A stretch of DNA of 19,546 bases from Azolla caroliniana (taxonomy: Eukaryota > Plantae > Polypodiophyta), in the NCBI GenBank assembly GCA_043228905.1, contig JBHGNT010000598.1:1-19546 (forward strand), in the 5' to 3' direction. Position 1 is the stretch's first letter, and the number at the start of each line of letters is the position of its first letter. The position numbers were made by a program, and so were the translations under genes. Positions 1-12,900 of this stretch are shown piece by piece. The notes below the pieces were generated by a model that was given only the letters and a program-made list of their open reading frames with translations, ran no database searches and had not been told where the DNA came from.

Positions 1-155
1 AATATGTCTAAATGCTAGGATTTGTCCAAGTTGAGGATTTGTCTAAATCAGAACATGTCTTAATGAGGCATCTTTCAAATCTATGACTCACCTAAGTCTA
101 AGTTAGGATTTGCCTAAACTTTGGGAGTCATCTAACTTCATGACTCTCTAAGTTA
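1..155. repeat. Degenerate 16-17 bp minisatellite-like array
   Basis: aggatttg at 17, 34 and 105; recurring ctaa(g/a)t and atgactc units. Confidence 0.5.
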
Positions 156-850
156 ACTGGAAGATCTGTGATTCTTCCACAGGAGCATGGATAGCTTACA
201 TATACACACTTAGCCGAATGCTTCACGAATAGCCAGAAACAGTTTTCTTAATTTGCTCATATAGGTATTCTGGTTTGTTTTCCAAATCATCAGATAACAT
301 TTTCAGATGCAATCTGTCGTTCAATTTCATAGGCTATGCTAGCCTCTTTTAAGAGATGCTTGCTTTTTTTCTTAACTATGTGAGTATTAAATTCATACAT
401 TGAAAGTCATTGGTTCAAATCAAATAGAAGGTTACATAATAACATTTTGCATGACTTCCCTGATAATCATCAAGTTACATTTTCCCCAGCATGACCTAGA
501 TCCACTTGGTTGGAAACTATCTGCATTATTAATCAGTAACTTATTTGTATATGTATAATACTATGATAGAATTCAAAGGATAATGGAAGATAATGCTTCG
601 CCAAAAAAATAGAACTAGGTTTTTGCTAGCTTCCCCTACTTTTCATATCATGGACATGGTTTGGACAGTTATTGAGTGGCTGACCCATCGACGTCATTCA
701 CTATTAAAATCATCCCGATTAGAAAGATATTATATGGTTCAACTATAATGCACAGAACTAAAAACAGCAATCTACATGAGCTACAACAGAGTAGAAGAAA
801 GAATAATAATTATCTGAAAAGTGCACACAACATTCACAATATTCATGTAC

Positions 851-975
851 CTTCTGCACTCCTTGGAGAACACCTGGTTTGTGTCGAAAGTAATCATTAT
901 CCAACACATTAATGATTGCAGTTGTATTCTCCCATGTCCATGATATGTCAGGCTTAGGAAGAGGAAACCAGCCAG
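851..975 (-). CDS. Exon J: start of cadherin/Big_9-like region of GEX2 (not in the ORF track)
   Basis: Acceptor TTGCAG|CT; GWFPLPKPDISWTWENTTAIINVLDNDYFRHKPGVLQGVQK. Preferred donor is AAG|GTACA (phase 0); an alternative CAG|GTGTT donor lies near 873. Confidence 0.8.
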
Positions 976-3900
976 CTGCAAAACTCCTATATCAAATTGT
1001 TTAGATGATGCATATGGGAGAAACTAAAACTTATATATTAATTGACATCATCTTACATGAATGTGTGTAGCAATAGAATGGAAATCCAGGTATCGTTATG
1101 TTCACTCTATAATATACAGATATATTCATAGGTGCAATCTCAAAAGCTCGATAATTAATTGTGTAATTCCCCGTTTCCATCTCTTGAAATGAGCTAAATT
1201 CTGGTGACCTTTTATGACCTGTGAACTGTATACTGAGCAGGCTAGCTTGACCTGGAACAGGATTTCCATATTTATCTTTCAACAGAATTACAATAGGAAG
1301 GGGAACTAAAATAAGTGGATGGTATTTTAGGCCATCTGTAGCAGCAACAACAGTATCTGCAATGCTGACGTTTCCTGAAAAAGAACCATAATGTAAGCAA
1401 AAGTTAAAGGATCTGAAATATGCCTAATATGAAGAAATATAGGGAAATATATACTTAATAGTTATATGCACAGGATTACCACAACAAAGAAGAGTAATGT
1501 AAATGAAGAATTTGGTTTCTTTAATAATAGACCTACAAGCTTCTCCTACATAAGCAATTATAGGACAATCATGATTGAGCATCACTTGACAATACTATAT
1601 GGCTTGATCCTAGACTCAGAATTGAGTATATGGGGAGAGTGAAATTGCTTCCATTCACAACATTGGATCACAAATTGACCCTTCGATCCCTTACCAAGGA
1701 AGGCAGAGCCCATAACAAGAGGATTTATTGCTGCTTTTCCAAAAATCCTTCGACACTGTGACGCATGCTCGGTTTTTGCAACATCTAGAAGCCCTTGGTG
1801 TCACTATAGATATGCAATGGAGAATCTATGCACTGAATGAATCCATATCAGGAAAAGTGCGCTCTCCCAATGGTTTGTTGGAGATGGTAGCTAGCACAAT
1901 CGAAGTTAAACAAGGATGCCGACTATCACTAACTCTCTTCAGTCATGAGATATCACATTACATAGAGAGATTCAGGGGTTCAGGAGCATGCCTAGCGGGT
2001 ACAGCCATACAAATATTACTATATGCATATGATATTGTGCTGATCTTCGACTCTCCGGAGGGACTAAAAAGACATCTAAACACATTAAAAGTACTTTCTA
2101 CAGAAAACAGCTTGTCAATAAACATGAATAAAACTAAAATGATAGTGTTTAACACCACTCAAGCATGGGTAATAAGATCAGAACCAAAATTCTTCTCGTG
2201 GAAAAGGTTGCATACACACACTCCTACACATACCTAGGAGTAACCTTCATAGGGCCTAGGTTCTCTCCTTGAGGGAGGCTGCTTGTGCCGGACTTTCCCT
2301 TGGTGCTCTTGAAAGACAATCTGCAGATTTTCAGTTCCAAGAGCCGCGAACTAAAATATGGCTATTTTGATACACTTGTGACAACAACTCTTCTCTATGG
2401 AGTAGAAACAGGGGGACAGAGTCTTACCAAGACAAATAACTTGAAAGATTTAGAGCGACCTTTAGTCTCAATGATTGCCTGCATGATAAGGAGCAAAGCA
2501 TTGGTGCCACATTATATAATCTGGAAAGAGATGGGAGCAGCCCTTATAATCATCGAGGCATTATTCAGATCAGCGAGCTGTATCCAATGGCTTTGGGAGC
2601 TCTTTAAACGAAGGATAGAGTGCATTTATGCTTCTGCCATGTGGCTCGAACCATTGGCATGATCAAAATATCCCTTTGGCAAGAAGATGGTCCATTATAA
2701 GACACTTTTACACACATCGGTGGATGGATTATTCATCAGGCTCTCTTATATGGACATACATCTAACCTGTGCACTGCGCAGTGTGATAGAGCAGCTGCAA
2801 ACTTCTTCACATCCATTAGAGATTGAGATGGGCAGATATGCACGAATACCTCTCGAAGAAAGAATTTGCCAATTGTGTCATCAGGAATCTGAGGACACAA
2901 TGTTTGTCACTGTAGTGTTTTTTATGAAATGAGAGATACTCTCTTTAACCAAGGCTTTGGCCACCTACACAAGGTAATGGAACATGAGGAACAACCATGC
3001 TTGGGGATTTTTTTGCTAGAACTCAAGAGACATAGGGAGAAGTTGTTGAAGGACAATATAATATAGCCACACAAGCTCATCAACAAAGAATAATCACAAC
3101 TTTCTTATGGACCATCACTCCTACTCATGCTATAAGTCAATCAAGGGCTACACGAATGGGCTCCCAACCAGGACCAGGAAAAGAGGTTTTAATAGATTGG
3201 ACAATTGCAATTTGCCGTGCACATAGGCCTCGCCCTCATGAACCATGATCTCTCGCCATTGACAGATAAACACCTTATCTCTCGCCATCACAAGTGCTTC
3301 TCCATTGAATGGTTAATCAATATCAATGTGTTACTTTGATGGTTAGTGCATAAGTAAATCATGACATATTGGCACAGTATCCTTGACACATAGACAGAAT
3401 CACTTACTATCATGTGTGTGCGTAACAGCTGTCCCAGATACGTCACAAGGTGGATACTGGATATTGTACAGAACACTATTTTGCTGATGATCATCTGACT
3501 GATAATAGTTAATCTCAAATCAATTAGAAAGTGGCTATGACAGCGAAGATGATTTGCATTGGAGGGTAATCGATGTCACTACGCATCAGTCAGAGGGTTA
3601 ACTGACTGGGATAATTAAATCATGACATCTTGGTATGATATCCTTGTCTCATCAGTAATTCTACAGTAGACAGAATTACTGCCTATTAAGTATGCACATA
3701 CCAGCTGTTTCATATATAGCACAAGGTGGATGCTGGATATTGTCCGGGACTGTATTTATGATGATCATCTGAATCATCAGGAGGCAAAATGTTCAAGATA
3801 CCAGTGGAATATCCTGCAACTATGACCATAAAGATTAAAAGTTCGACAAAGCCTTGACACAACATAAACTGTCTACGCTGCATTGATATTTTTGCAGCCA

Positions 3901-6900
3901 AGAAAGACATCCAAAGTACAAGTTAGAACCTGAGAGTAATAAAGTGCTTGATATCATCAGTTACATTTTATGGAACAAGACTGTTCAGAGGAACCACCTG
4001 GAATCTAGAGGTTATTTTTTATTTGCGCTTTAGTTATAGACTATCTGATTTGGATGAGATTTTCTTAAGCAAATCTAGTAATACTTCAAAGACCAAGGCA
4101 TATTGACTGACCATAGTGTGTGAACAACAAAGGTGTCCCCACTCAACCTCTTTTAAGGTATATGGGAAAGAAGCATCTCTACCTCTGCATATTGACTGAC
4201 CATAGTGTGAACAACAAAGGTGTTCCCACTCAATCTCTATTATGGTATATTGGATGGAAGCATCTATACTATTCACGGACATGCTTCTTTTGAGATGTCT
4301 ACAGACAGATTGAGTTTATCCATGACTTTTTCTTGATAGCCTATGGTCATCTACATTGAAAATTTCAGATGAAAACTTCATTGAAAAACTTCCCCTCAAC
4401 TACTTCCACGGACTAAAGCCACTATTGGGCATACATGGTTGCAAATTACAGAAGTAAACACTTGTTAAAAATTACAATCATAGACATGCTCATTAAAAGT
4501 CTACCTGCATATACAACCTTTTTTATTTGTCTTGAAGAATTTAATGGCACATTGCAGTACAACAAAAGCATATCATGTTCTCCAGATCTATTGAGTGTAA
4601 TACTTATTTTATAAAGGCCAACTTTATCTAACACTCTGGTTCCAATGACTTTCATCTCGTTTTCACTTTCTGGGTCAACGATTGCTGAGACTGTTCGACT
4701 ATATCCTTCCACATTTTCCCCATCAATATCTTTGAGTTGTATAAAAAATGTTGACAACTGACCAACAACAGAAGGGTTTAATCCTAATCCATATATAAGA
4801 GATTTGTTTTCTTGTACCATATACGCTGTAAAAAAATTCAGAATATTATATGCTATGTTTACACAGTAAATATACCTTTACGAGACCAAATTGATCAGGA
4901 CTTACTAATTAAGTGCATGTAAGAGAAATGAAATGTCATAGTAACATCTTAGAAAAACCAAAGAAGTTATATCCAATGAGATCTGATATAATGTCTGATA
5001 ACAAGAAAAATACAGATAAGACATTGTGATGATGTTATTCATTGTAAACACCAGGAATGTGGACATATGTATCATAAATTATCTAAAAAATTCGTGCATT
5101 GTCTCTCAAGAATCTAGTAGAATGACATCAGTATCTCCCACCTATTAGAGTGTGCTCAGTGGCAGATGATGGAACTCCAGATCCATTGATGCAATCACTG
5201 CCTATAATCATGTGTAAATATGTGTGCATCACAAGTGCAACAATTGAATGGCTATTAACTAGGTTCCCCTGAGAAAGAAAGATATATTAATGCCTACCAG
5301 ATATTGAAATCAACCAATGAGGCAAACCATTATTACAACTATGGGTTATTTTGGTTATCCATGATACTGACATTAATTCATTGGATGGAATTACAAGCAT
5401 GAAGCACATATCTACTATATATAGGATGAGTGGTAGTGATGGGTCATGGCGTTGGATGATGGTGCGGTAGAGCGAGGAAAGATGAAGTGCATGAATTCCT
5501 CTTAGAGGTGCCCTCAAGTGATAATGAAAAGCAATGATATGGCTCTGTTTTGACTTATGGCACTGTATCCTGATACAAGATATTTCCATTGTCAACACAG
5601 GATTCTTTTGACTCATGTACACTGTCTCCTGGTACTAGATATCTCTACTGTCACCACAGGATTCCTTTTCTTGCTCAATGGTGATTCCACGGCACATTGT
5701 CGTCGGGAGTGTATACCATGGAAGAAGTCAGTGATGTGTGATTGCCCCTGCATTCCATGTGCTAATGTACAGGTTGATTGCTTATGTTTCTTACACTCGG
5801 GCGGACCTTGGTCTAAGAGACATGGGTAATCCTTCTCCATCATGTAGTAGAGGTCAGCAAATAATGTGGCATACTTCTCACTTATGTGTTTGCAGGATAG
5901 GAATCTGCACATAGAGTGCATACTCTGCTGAATCAGCTAACTTCTAATACCATGTTTCTTATGAAGTTATGCATTTCTTGCTTGTAAACCATATCAAGAA
6001 TCATTCCATCTCATGCATTAAGTAAAATGTTCTTAAACATAATCAAAACAGTGAAGGAAGGAGAGTTTTACTTCCAAGCACTGAGAAATTATATGGACAC
6101 CCACTAATTTTGTTCCCTGATACGTCCTCTATGTATAATGAAAATATTCCAGCAGCGGTGGTTGTGAATGTTATCAATTGAGTTCCTTTACCAGAACCCT
6201 CTGCAGCTTGAAACCAAATATCTGCATAAGGAGATGGTATTGTTTCGTCTCCTCGGTATATTATAACTTGAAGATTAGCCAGGGCACCCACAGCATTCCC
6301 CCATTTATCCTTTTGAAAAATGTAGAGTTTTACTCCTTTATTTGGTGCAAAGATATTGACTCGATATTTCCATTCGGCATATGTATGTTGAAATGATAGA
6401 GGACCTGTAGTAATACTGCATGTTATCAAGATTATCGCACAATCACAATGCTTAGACATTGGCCTCTTAAACACCTTGGCAATCATTGCTATATGAAATA
6501 CTCTTCACCAATTAACATTAAAAAATAGAACTAAAACTGTGAGTGGAAACATAGCTCGAAATAAAAATTAGTTTGACACTCGTAAATGGGCTTCAGGGGT
6601 GTCAATGATAGATATATAAAAGCAATGATGGTTATTATTATGGCGTTGATGAAAATGGATAGGCCATGTGTAAGACCTACATCTGTATAAGGACAAAACT
6701 TTGAAGCTGAACAGTATGCATACTCTGTTCCAGTGGACAGAGCTGGAGCTTGCAGAGGGAGCCTAGAGAGAGCTTAGGGGACACAGTTGTGTAAGATCTA
6801 ACATTTAAGGGCACACAAATATGTATAGTTGATTGAAACCAAAGAATCTGGATTTTTCATGCACCAAAGGTAAAACTTTACAGAAATCCATAGATGGGTG

Positions 6901-9900
6901 GAACATGTGTAAAGTTAAAGGCATGTGTTTGCTTTGAAAACACAATGCATCAAATAATAAACAGCCAAGATTTCTGCAACCATTCCTATTTTGCATCACG
7001 TGCCCAACATAAAGACATCAAATTTCTAGCAAATATAATAATGGAAATAAAGTACTAACTTTAAAGATGGATCAATTTACCATCCTCCACAAAGAAAGAC
7101 AAGGGTGCATTGAAAAGGAATTCACTCTGATTTCCATGTCGTCCCACCTGCAACCATTGCTTCCCTGTCTTCCTTGTCGAAAATGAAAGAACGATATTTC
7201 CAGGTACATTTGTGAAACCAATATTAAATGTCAAATTCTCTGTGTCTTGTCCTTGGTCATTGACAAGTTTTGGTATAAATAAATCTGAAACAGTTTTATT
7301 TGATGGTGAAAGGACAGGATTCCCAAAAACGTCTCTAATCAAAATGTTGAGTTTCAAGACTTCATCTGGTTTGGAACGATTAACTCCACCATACCAGGAG
7401 CCAAGAGAAGCATGGATAGAGATATTTCCTGAATCGCAAAAGAACTGCACATAAGGCGATCCTCTAAATCTTAAATAGGTGTATGCTTCTCAAAAATAAA
7501 ATAGAATAATAAAATATTATCTTCATTGGTAAGTTTATAGTTTACCTGGATACACAGTAAATGAGAGAGGAGAATTCTGAATTTCTTCACCATTATTTTC
7601 AACTTGTAGAGAGAATACCCCTACCAAACAAGGCATAAAGGTGATTGAAATATTTCCATGATTCATGAGTATAGCTATATTTGATATATACATGTTTTCT
7701 CCCTTCCTCCCATTTACCCTCAGAGAGAACTGCAAAGTGCTGGCATTAATTTTAGTTCGAATGTTGTTGCCATAGGCATCATGCAAAGAAATATTGATTG
7801 CAGCATCATGTCCTGCTCTGAACTTGTTGATACCATTATGCCATGAAGCTCGACATTGTGCAATTGAAACAGTTGCTAGAATCATAAACATAAACAGAAA
7901 TGTATTATCTTTTTATTTATGAACCAAATATCTTTTTTATTCATAGGCTTTGCAGTTAAATTGGAAAATATGTAGCAGGGAAGCAACTGACAGTGGAATT
8001 CATCAAACACCCAGACTTGAGAGACATTTTTTTATCAATAAAATTTGCAATTCAGGTTCAAACTCACAAATTGTTTTGTAATGAAGAAGTTTTTTTGTTT
8101 TGAAAACAGGGCTTTGCATATATATTAAATTTACCAAAAACCATTGATATTGCCAAGCAACCTAGTTATGATGATTGCACACAAATTATATATATAGATA
8201 CTATAACTAGAGTATCTAAGTCTTTGTCATTATTGATGGAAGCCGTGCAAAATAAACCATTGCCTACATCAAATTATTTAATAGCTTGGGAGTATTGAGC
8301 TCTAATAACATAGGTCTGCTTCTCAAATAAATCTAATTGAGTTTAATCACAATATTGTGAATGTGCAGCTGAGAATGAGACAATGGCTTGCTTGGTATGT
8401 TGTAATACTTGATATTACCAATCAATAGGATATTAAGGCAAAAGGTTCCCTGTAATAGACGTGCTAAATGATGGGCAATGGAAAACTACCAAAAAAGGTT
8501 AATTTCCCCTCTTATATGATAAGCAATAGCTCAAACGAAATGAGCACAATTGTTGCCATCAATGTGAAACTTTCAAAAACACACTGCCCCTTATAACATA
8601 TCTGGTTAATAATGATATACTGCAGAATAACATGGGCAAGAAGATGACCATTTAGTCTCACTTCACCAAAGGGTCATGACCAGTGAGTTGTGACTTTAAC
8701 TAAGGGATTTTTACATCATTTCTAATTAAATTTCTTGGAATCAATCAACTTAGCTGATAAGGTTATCTGAATACATACTTATCTGATGGTAGAATATTAT
8801 GGAATTTTATTTCGTTGAATTGGGCAGTCAATATTACCTGAGACTACAGAGAATTTGAGGGTTGAATTTGAAATCGCAATGTTATCCTTCCCTATCCATA
8901 TCTTGAAATTTCCAACAATATAAGGTACAAACTGTACCAGCTCATAGCCCAAACCAGATGTGACTGAAAAATTGGTCGGAATCATCCGTTGTATAGATCC
9001 TATAGAGTATAGTATCATACTGAATCCTGTGGTATTCTGATTCTTCAAGGTAGAATTCAACATATTTTTATATTTGTCTCTCAGTATGATTTTAAAAGAA
9101 GCAGAAGATCCTGCCAGAAATAAGTTCCCATTTACCCATTCAGCAGTACAAGAGGAAATTGAAAGTGCCGCTGTAAACAAATGCCAAGAAAAACAGGAAT
9201 AAATTAGTAGAAAGAAAGAGAGAGATATTAATGTCTTCTAAGAGGCCAAAATGGCCTATAAGACCAAACAAGAGATTACAATGTAAGTGTTGTCTTGTCT
9301 TTGAGAACAATAAACCAAAATAGAATAAACATTACTCAGTAAATATAAAAGTAAATAAGATAAAGAGAGAGTAAAGAATGTGGTTTTGGGAACATGTGCG
9401 ATTCTCAAGTTAAATATATTATAACTTTTGTCTTCGAAAGATCTCGAGCATAGGTTGATCCAGAATGGAGAGGTCTCCGAAGCGAGGGAAGCACCTACAA
9501 TGGCCTTTATCTATCAAAACAAGAAGGGAGCCACCTTACCTTTAATGGCATAATATTGCTCTCCTTTTCAAGAGAGGAATATTGGCCTTAAATCAAGGCT
9601 TATTTATGACTGATTGTGTGGAACCTTGTGCCTCTCTCACTTTCACACATGTGTGTGTGAATCTCTCTCTCTCTCATAACTTTTATACACTTGTGCACCT
9701 CCTCCTTTTCATTCCTTTATGCACATTTGCTTCTCATCTCTCTACCCTTTTGCACATGTGCATTTCTTCTCACTTACTTTTTGTGCACCTCATGCACCCT
9801 TCACTTTTCCTTATTTTGGTACCTGTGCCTATGGCACCTTTGCCCCACATTCACACATGTTTGCACTCCCGCACTTGGCCTCTTTTTACGAGAATTTCAC

Positions 9901-12900
9901 ACCATTGCGGGGCATCTTCACGACAACGTGGGCATGAGACATATGTGTGGGGACTGCCCGGGAATGTCATATAGAAAGAAATATATATATATATAAGTAT
10001 TTTAAGATATAGAAAGAAAGAAAGAAAGATATATTAACATCTTTTAAGAGGCCAAAATGGCCTATAAGACCAAACAGGAGATCACATCTTAAGTGTTGAG
10101 ACGTCTTTGAGAACAAGAAATCAAAATAAATAAATGTTACTAAGTAAAAAAAAAAGTAAATAAGATAAAACGAGACTAAAGAATTTGTTATCGGTAAATG
10201 TAAGATTCACAAGTCAGATATATTGTAATTGTAACGTCTACGAATATATGTACCTGGCACCACATAAAGTGTAAATGGTGAGCCTGTTATTTGTGTGTCA
10301 TCCACATTGCCAACTTGCAAAAACAGCCTCCCCGCTGTAAATGGAACAAACTGAATAATTTCATGTCCTGAATCACTTTCTGAGCTCACCGAAAGATTGG
10401 CAATTTCAGAACTATTTGAAATTACAGAAAACTGAAAAAAATCAGACCGGCCATTCTCTGTACTGAAAGTATTGTTGTAGACATCTTTGATTAAAATAAA
10501 GAGTGAAGCCACCTGCCCTGCCTTAAAAGTGTTATTTCCCTCATCCCAGTCAAGTAAACAATTTACTACATAAATATCTCCTGTTCACAAACCAATTACA
10601 CACTAGATCAACTCAAATTTATTCAAAGTAGATTTACTTTCTTCACATATTAGGAATATAAGCAATTATCAGCCACATATATTAAGCACAATAGTTGATA
10701 TACCTGCAGTAATGTTAAACTTAAAAGGAGATTTCAAAAGTGTAACTCCTTCTGGATCCACGACATGTAGAAGATAATTCCCTGGTGTGGTTGTCTTATA
10801 CTCAAACAGTTGGTATCCCGCTTTTACATCAGCAAAAAGGGAAGCTTGATATATAATAGTTGCTGTATCTGTTTCTTTCTTGACTTTGCCAATTAATTTC
10901 TGATTTTGAATAGAAGCTCCATAAATCCAGTTGTTATATGCATCCCTTAAATGTACATACAGTTTTGCTTTTGATGTTGCTTTGAATACATTAATTCCAT
11001 TGATCCAACTGCCAACACTGTGATTTAGAGAGACAGAACCTACCATCATAAACATATGCATGCTATCAAACTGGAATATATTTATGCCCCCTTTCTTCAT
11101 AGGTTTGCTAGAACTGAAACCCCAACTTCACTCATCAGAAATGCCAGATATTTTGAGCTATAGAATTACTGTATCCACAATGGCGCTAAATTTTTACTTT
11201 TCAATATTTTCAGCATCATAAACAGATTATATATTTGCCATGAAATCAGATTATACCTTCAGTACTGGATTTAGGGATATTCACTAGACCATGAATATTC
11301 TCTATCTTTTCTGCATATGAAAGGCAAATCTATCGTCGATGACTCAGTACTTGGCTAAAATTTTAATGGTCTTGATAGAAGTTGACAGACACCGTAGAAT
11401 TGACAGAATGTGTAATATATGTGCGTACACCATGTCTATTCTTTATTTGCTTCTACTTGCCTATCTATCCTGGCAACTGCAGTTACACTTGTATCTTTTC
11501 ATTATGTTTTTACCCAGGTCATCATTCTCCGTCTCTTTACAACAGCTCTTGGTATGAAGATGCCCCCCTATATTGCCCTCCTTTTCCAGTTATCTGAAGA
11601 TGGACATATCATCTGTCCTATTATATGGATCTACATATATTTCATGCACTCCGTAGCATGACAAAGTAGCTCAAGACCCTTTCACATCAGTTAAGGATTG
11701 AAACAAGCAAACATCCAATTACATAAGAGAGATCGGGTAGTTCAGGAGCATGCTTAGCAGCCAGACCAACACTACCATATGTCGATGACATTGTGTTGAT
11801 CTCCAACTCTATGGAGGTAACATTTTGAAGTCATTTTGTAAAGATAAAAATTTGTTGGTTCACACCAATAAAACCAAAGTGATGATTTTTTTAACACCAC
11901 TGAAGCATACATAATGAAATTTAAAACAGAATTCTACACACGATCCTACTCATATCTATCAAGTAATATTCATAGGGCCTCAATTCTCCCCATGTAAATC
12001 TTTTTGTGGATCATTTGGTCACATTGAGAGTAATCATGGAAGAGAGTCGACTACAAAGAAAAACATTTTATTGTTGTTTTGTAGATTTCAAGAAAGCTTC
12101 TGATACCGTACCATGAAGTGAGCTTTGGAAAAGAATGGTAGAGATTGACATGCCATTAAAGTACCAAGTTGTTGTTGCACGCCTATATCAACAAGTTAAA
12201 TACCAACTAAAAATGGATAGTGGATTCTCAAAGCACTTTTTAAGTAACATGGGGGTTAAGCAAGGATGTCCACTATCACCTACACTCTTTAGCTTACGTA
12301 TTGATAAATTAGAAGAAGTGGTGAATAAGGTTGCAAGAGAAGAAGGATTGAATGCCCCCAAATTGATGCAACATGTTATCTTATTGCTTCTATATGCAGA
12401 TGATGTGGCACTCTTCTCATATGATGTTGATAGTATACAACATTTACTTGGGGTAATAGAAGAATTTTGCCATAGTAGTGGACTAGCAGTGAATGTGGAG
12501 AAAACAAAAATGATGGTAGTACAAACCATCCAACCTCATCATTACCCTATGCTCACATATAGAGGTGAACATATACAATTTGTTCAAAGCTTTAAATATC
12601 TTGGTATTGATGTACCCGCCACAAATAAATGGAGTGCATGCTTTGATTCTAGGCTCCAAGCAGGTTGGAAATCGTATTACCTTTTGGAGAACCAATGCAA
12701 CCAAAGTTATACTTGTGGATGGGAAGTAAAACTAATGTTGATCAATGCCATGGTAGCTCAAGTATTGCTTTATGGAGTAGATGTATGGGGTGGCACCATC
12801 TCTCTTAATGCATGGAATGAGATTGAGAAAATTCAAAAGATGTTTTTAAGGAGGCAATTAGGAGTTAAATGCACTACCTCTTACTAGGTTATGCTCTTGG

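Noticed and set aside
1-850. Next GEX2 exon (expected PxHG...YTP) after a good-looking acceptor near 781
   Set aside because: Frames after that AG hit stops quickly and lack the expected motif; the exon is probably outside the window.
4098-4270. CRISPR-like repeat
   Set aside because: Only two units, the intervening sequence is also duplicated, the context is eukaryotic, and there are no cas genes.
9582-9996. Three overlapping + strand ORFs as genes
   Set aside because: They are a by-product of pyrimidine-rich, stop-poor composition and give His/Leu/Phe/Cys-biased peptides with no motif.
9210-10228. LTR element or TRIM bounded by direct repeats
   Set aside because: The repeats are LINE 3' ends of unequal length, with no TG...CA termini, PBS or clear target duplication.
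1031-11100. Minus-strand ORFs as separate small genes or an operon
   Set aside because: Their starts and stops lie in introns; trimmed at AG/GT they join in one frame.
12135-12887. Functional or domesticated reverse transcriptase gene
   Set aside because: It is 5'-truncated, flanked by in-frame stops at 12114 and 12885, and followed by a frameshifting deletion scar.
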